Below, one piece after another: positions 9,542-12,958 of a stretch of 12,958 nt of DNA (the stretch's first letter is position 1; each line of letters starts with the position of its first letter). A program made the position numbers and the translations under genes. A model generated the notes under the pieces. The model was not told where the DNA came from and ran no database searches. It was given only the letters and a program-made list of their open reading frames with translations. This DNA is from Candidatus Sericytochromatia bacterium (GTDB lineage: Bacteria > Cyanobacteriota > Sericytochromatia > S15B-MN24 > UBA4093), in assembly GCA_036676985.1 (NCBI GenBank), contig JAKFBU010000029.1:1-12958 (forward strand). Reading direction: 5' to 3'.

Positions 9542-9946
9542 TTGCCGACGATCAGTCAGCTTGTCCGTAACGAGCGAGAAAGAGTCCTTTACAAGACGAA
9601 GTCCCCGGCGCTCCAGGCCTGCCCCCAGCGCCGCGGCGTCTGCACCCGTGTCTACACGACCACGCCCAAGAAGCCGAACTCGGCGCTCCGCAAGGTCGCC
9701 CGCGTCAAGCTGACCAACCAGATCGAGGTCACCAGCTACATCCCCGGCGTCGGCCACAACCTGCAGGAGCACTCGGTGGTGCTCATCCGCGGCGGCCGTG
9801 TCAAGGACCTGCCCGGTGTCCGCTACCACATCGTCCGCGGCACGCTCGACACCTCCGGCGTCAAGGACCGCAAGCAGGCCCGTTCCAAGTACGGCGCCAA
9901 GCGTCCGAAGCCCGGTCAGGCTGCCGCCGCCGGTAAGAAGAAGTAA
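9542..9946 (+). CDS. rpsL: 30S ribosomal protein S12 (134 aa)
   Basis: MPTISQLVR...[25 protein letters not shown]...[12 protein letters not shown]. The start is TTG 9542, after the SD GGAGG (9529-9533). The ORF-track start at 9527 overlaps the SD and adds non-conserved residues. Confidence 0.99.
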   Translation: MPTISQLVRNERERVLYKTKSPALQACPQRRGVCTRVYTTTPKKPNSALRKVARVKLTNQIEVTSYIPGVGHNLQEHSVVLIRGGRVKDLPGVRYHIVRGTLDTSGVKDRKQARSKYGAKRPKPGQAAAAGKKK

Positions 9947-9964
9947 GTTTAGAGGAGATTACGA

Positions 9965-10435
9965 ATGCCGCGTCGCGGAAGAATCGTCAAGCGCGTCCCG
10001 GAGCCGGATCCCATCCTGGGGAACGTGCTCGCCACCCGTTTCATCAACAGCCTGATGGAGCGGGGCAAGAAGAGCCTCGCCGAGAGCATCTTCTACGGGG
10101 CCCTCAACAATGCCGGCGAGAAGCTGGGCAAGGAGCCCGCCGAGGTCTTCACCAAGGCCCTCAAGAACGTCACCCCGCTCGTCGAGGTCAAGCCTCGCCG
10201 CGTCGGTGGCGCCACCTACCAGGTGCCCATCGAGGTCAAGCACGAGCGCGGCACGGCGCTCGCGATCCGCTGGATCATCACCAACGCGCGCAAGCGCAGC
10301 GGCAAGCCCATGCTCGAGAAGCTCTCCTTGGAGCTCTCCGAGGCCTATCAGGGTACCGGTCCTTCCGTCAAGAAGAAGGAAGACACCCACAAGATGGCCG
10401 AGGCCAACAAGGCCTTCGCGCACTACCGCTTCTAA
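9965..10435 (+). CDS. rpsG: 30S ribosomal protein S7 (156 aa)
   Basis: MPRR...GKKSLAE...[11 protein letters not shown]...[14 protein letters not shown]; SD AGGAG at 9953-9957. Confidence 0.99.
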   Translation: MPRRGRIVKRVPEPDPILGNVLATRFINSLMERGKKSLAESIFYGALNNAGEKLGKEPAEVFTKALKNVTPLVEVKPRRVGGATYQVPIEVKHERGTALAIRWIITNARKRSGKPMLEKLSLELSEAYQGTGPSVKKKEDTHKMAEANKAFAHYRF

Positions 10436-10508
10436 GGGGCGGTTGGGGACCCAAACGGCGGCCTAGGCACGAGCCGGGCTGGAAGCTTATAGGAGGATAG
10501 TAGGCGTT

Positions 10509-12596
<2,088 letters not shown>

Positions 12597-12601
12597 GCAT
12601 C

Positions 12602-12636
12602 GCGGGGAGCCTGCGCGCGATCGCAGGCTCCCACGC
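12602..12636. repeat. Intergenic stem-loop between fusA and tuf
   Basis: GGGAGCCTGCG 12605-12615 pairs perfectly with CGCAGGCTCCC 12622-12632 (11 bp, 6-nt loop), extendable by GCG/CGC. There is no U-tract, so a processing or stability element is more likely than an intrinsic terminator. Confidence 0.75.
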
Positions 12637-12651
12637 AAGATCCATCAGGCT

Positions 12652-12677
12652 TTGGGCGATAACCTAGGTACGCCCAA
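12652..12677. repeat. Second inverted repeat in the fusA-tuf spacer
   Basis: TTGGGCG 12652-12658 pairs with CGCCCAA 12671-12677, enclosing the palindrome ACCTAGGT (12662-12669). Confidence 0.55.
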
Positions 12678-12724
12678 TAGGTTAAGTCAAGTTTATTGCA
12701 AGCATAAGATACAGAGAGGAACTC

Positions 12725-12958
<234 letters not shown>

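Noticed and set aside
9660-9815. Streptomycin-resistance substitutions in S12
   Set aside because: TPKKPNSA and RVKDLPG are the wild-type motifs.
12682-12710. Possible internal tuf promoter (TTAAGT-17 bp-TAAGAT)
   Set aside because: The -35 is weak, and the start site would fall within the SD. The AT-rich tract is more plausibly a translational enhancer.

Overview
A GC-rich housekeeping window with the order rpoB - rpoC - rpsL - rpsG - fusA - tuf (tuf truncated at the right edge), all on the + strand. Divergent from rpoB, on the - strand, positions 1-290 look like the control region of an rRNA operon: tandem sigma70-type promoters, a boxB-like hairpin and a boxA-like motif. The rRNA gene itself lies outside the window. 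RpoB, RpoC and EF-Tu carry cyanobacterial-type sequence signatures. However, rpoC is one unsplit 1831-aa ORF, not the rpoC1 + rpoC2 pair of oxygenic cyanobacteria and plastids, and it still contains a cyanobacterial-size (649 aa, nine repeat cores) SI3 insertion in the trigger loop. This suggests a non-photosynthetic sister lineage of Cyanobacteria such as Sericytochromatia (inference only). RpoB has Asn at the rifampicin-pocket His (E. coli H526). The str-operon promoter sits inside an inverted repeat with its -35 box in the loop. No mobile element, CRISPR array or tRNA was seen. The long antisense ORFs are codon-bias shadows.
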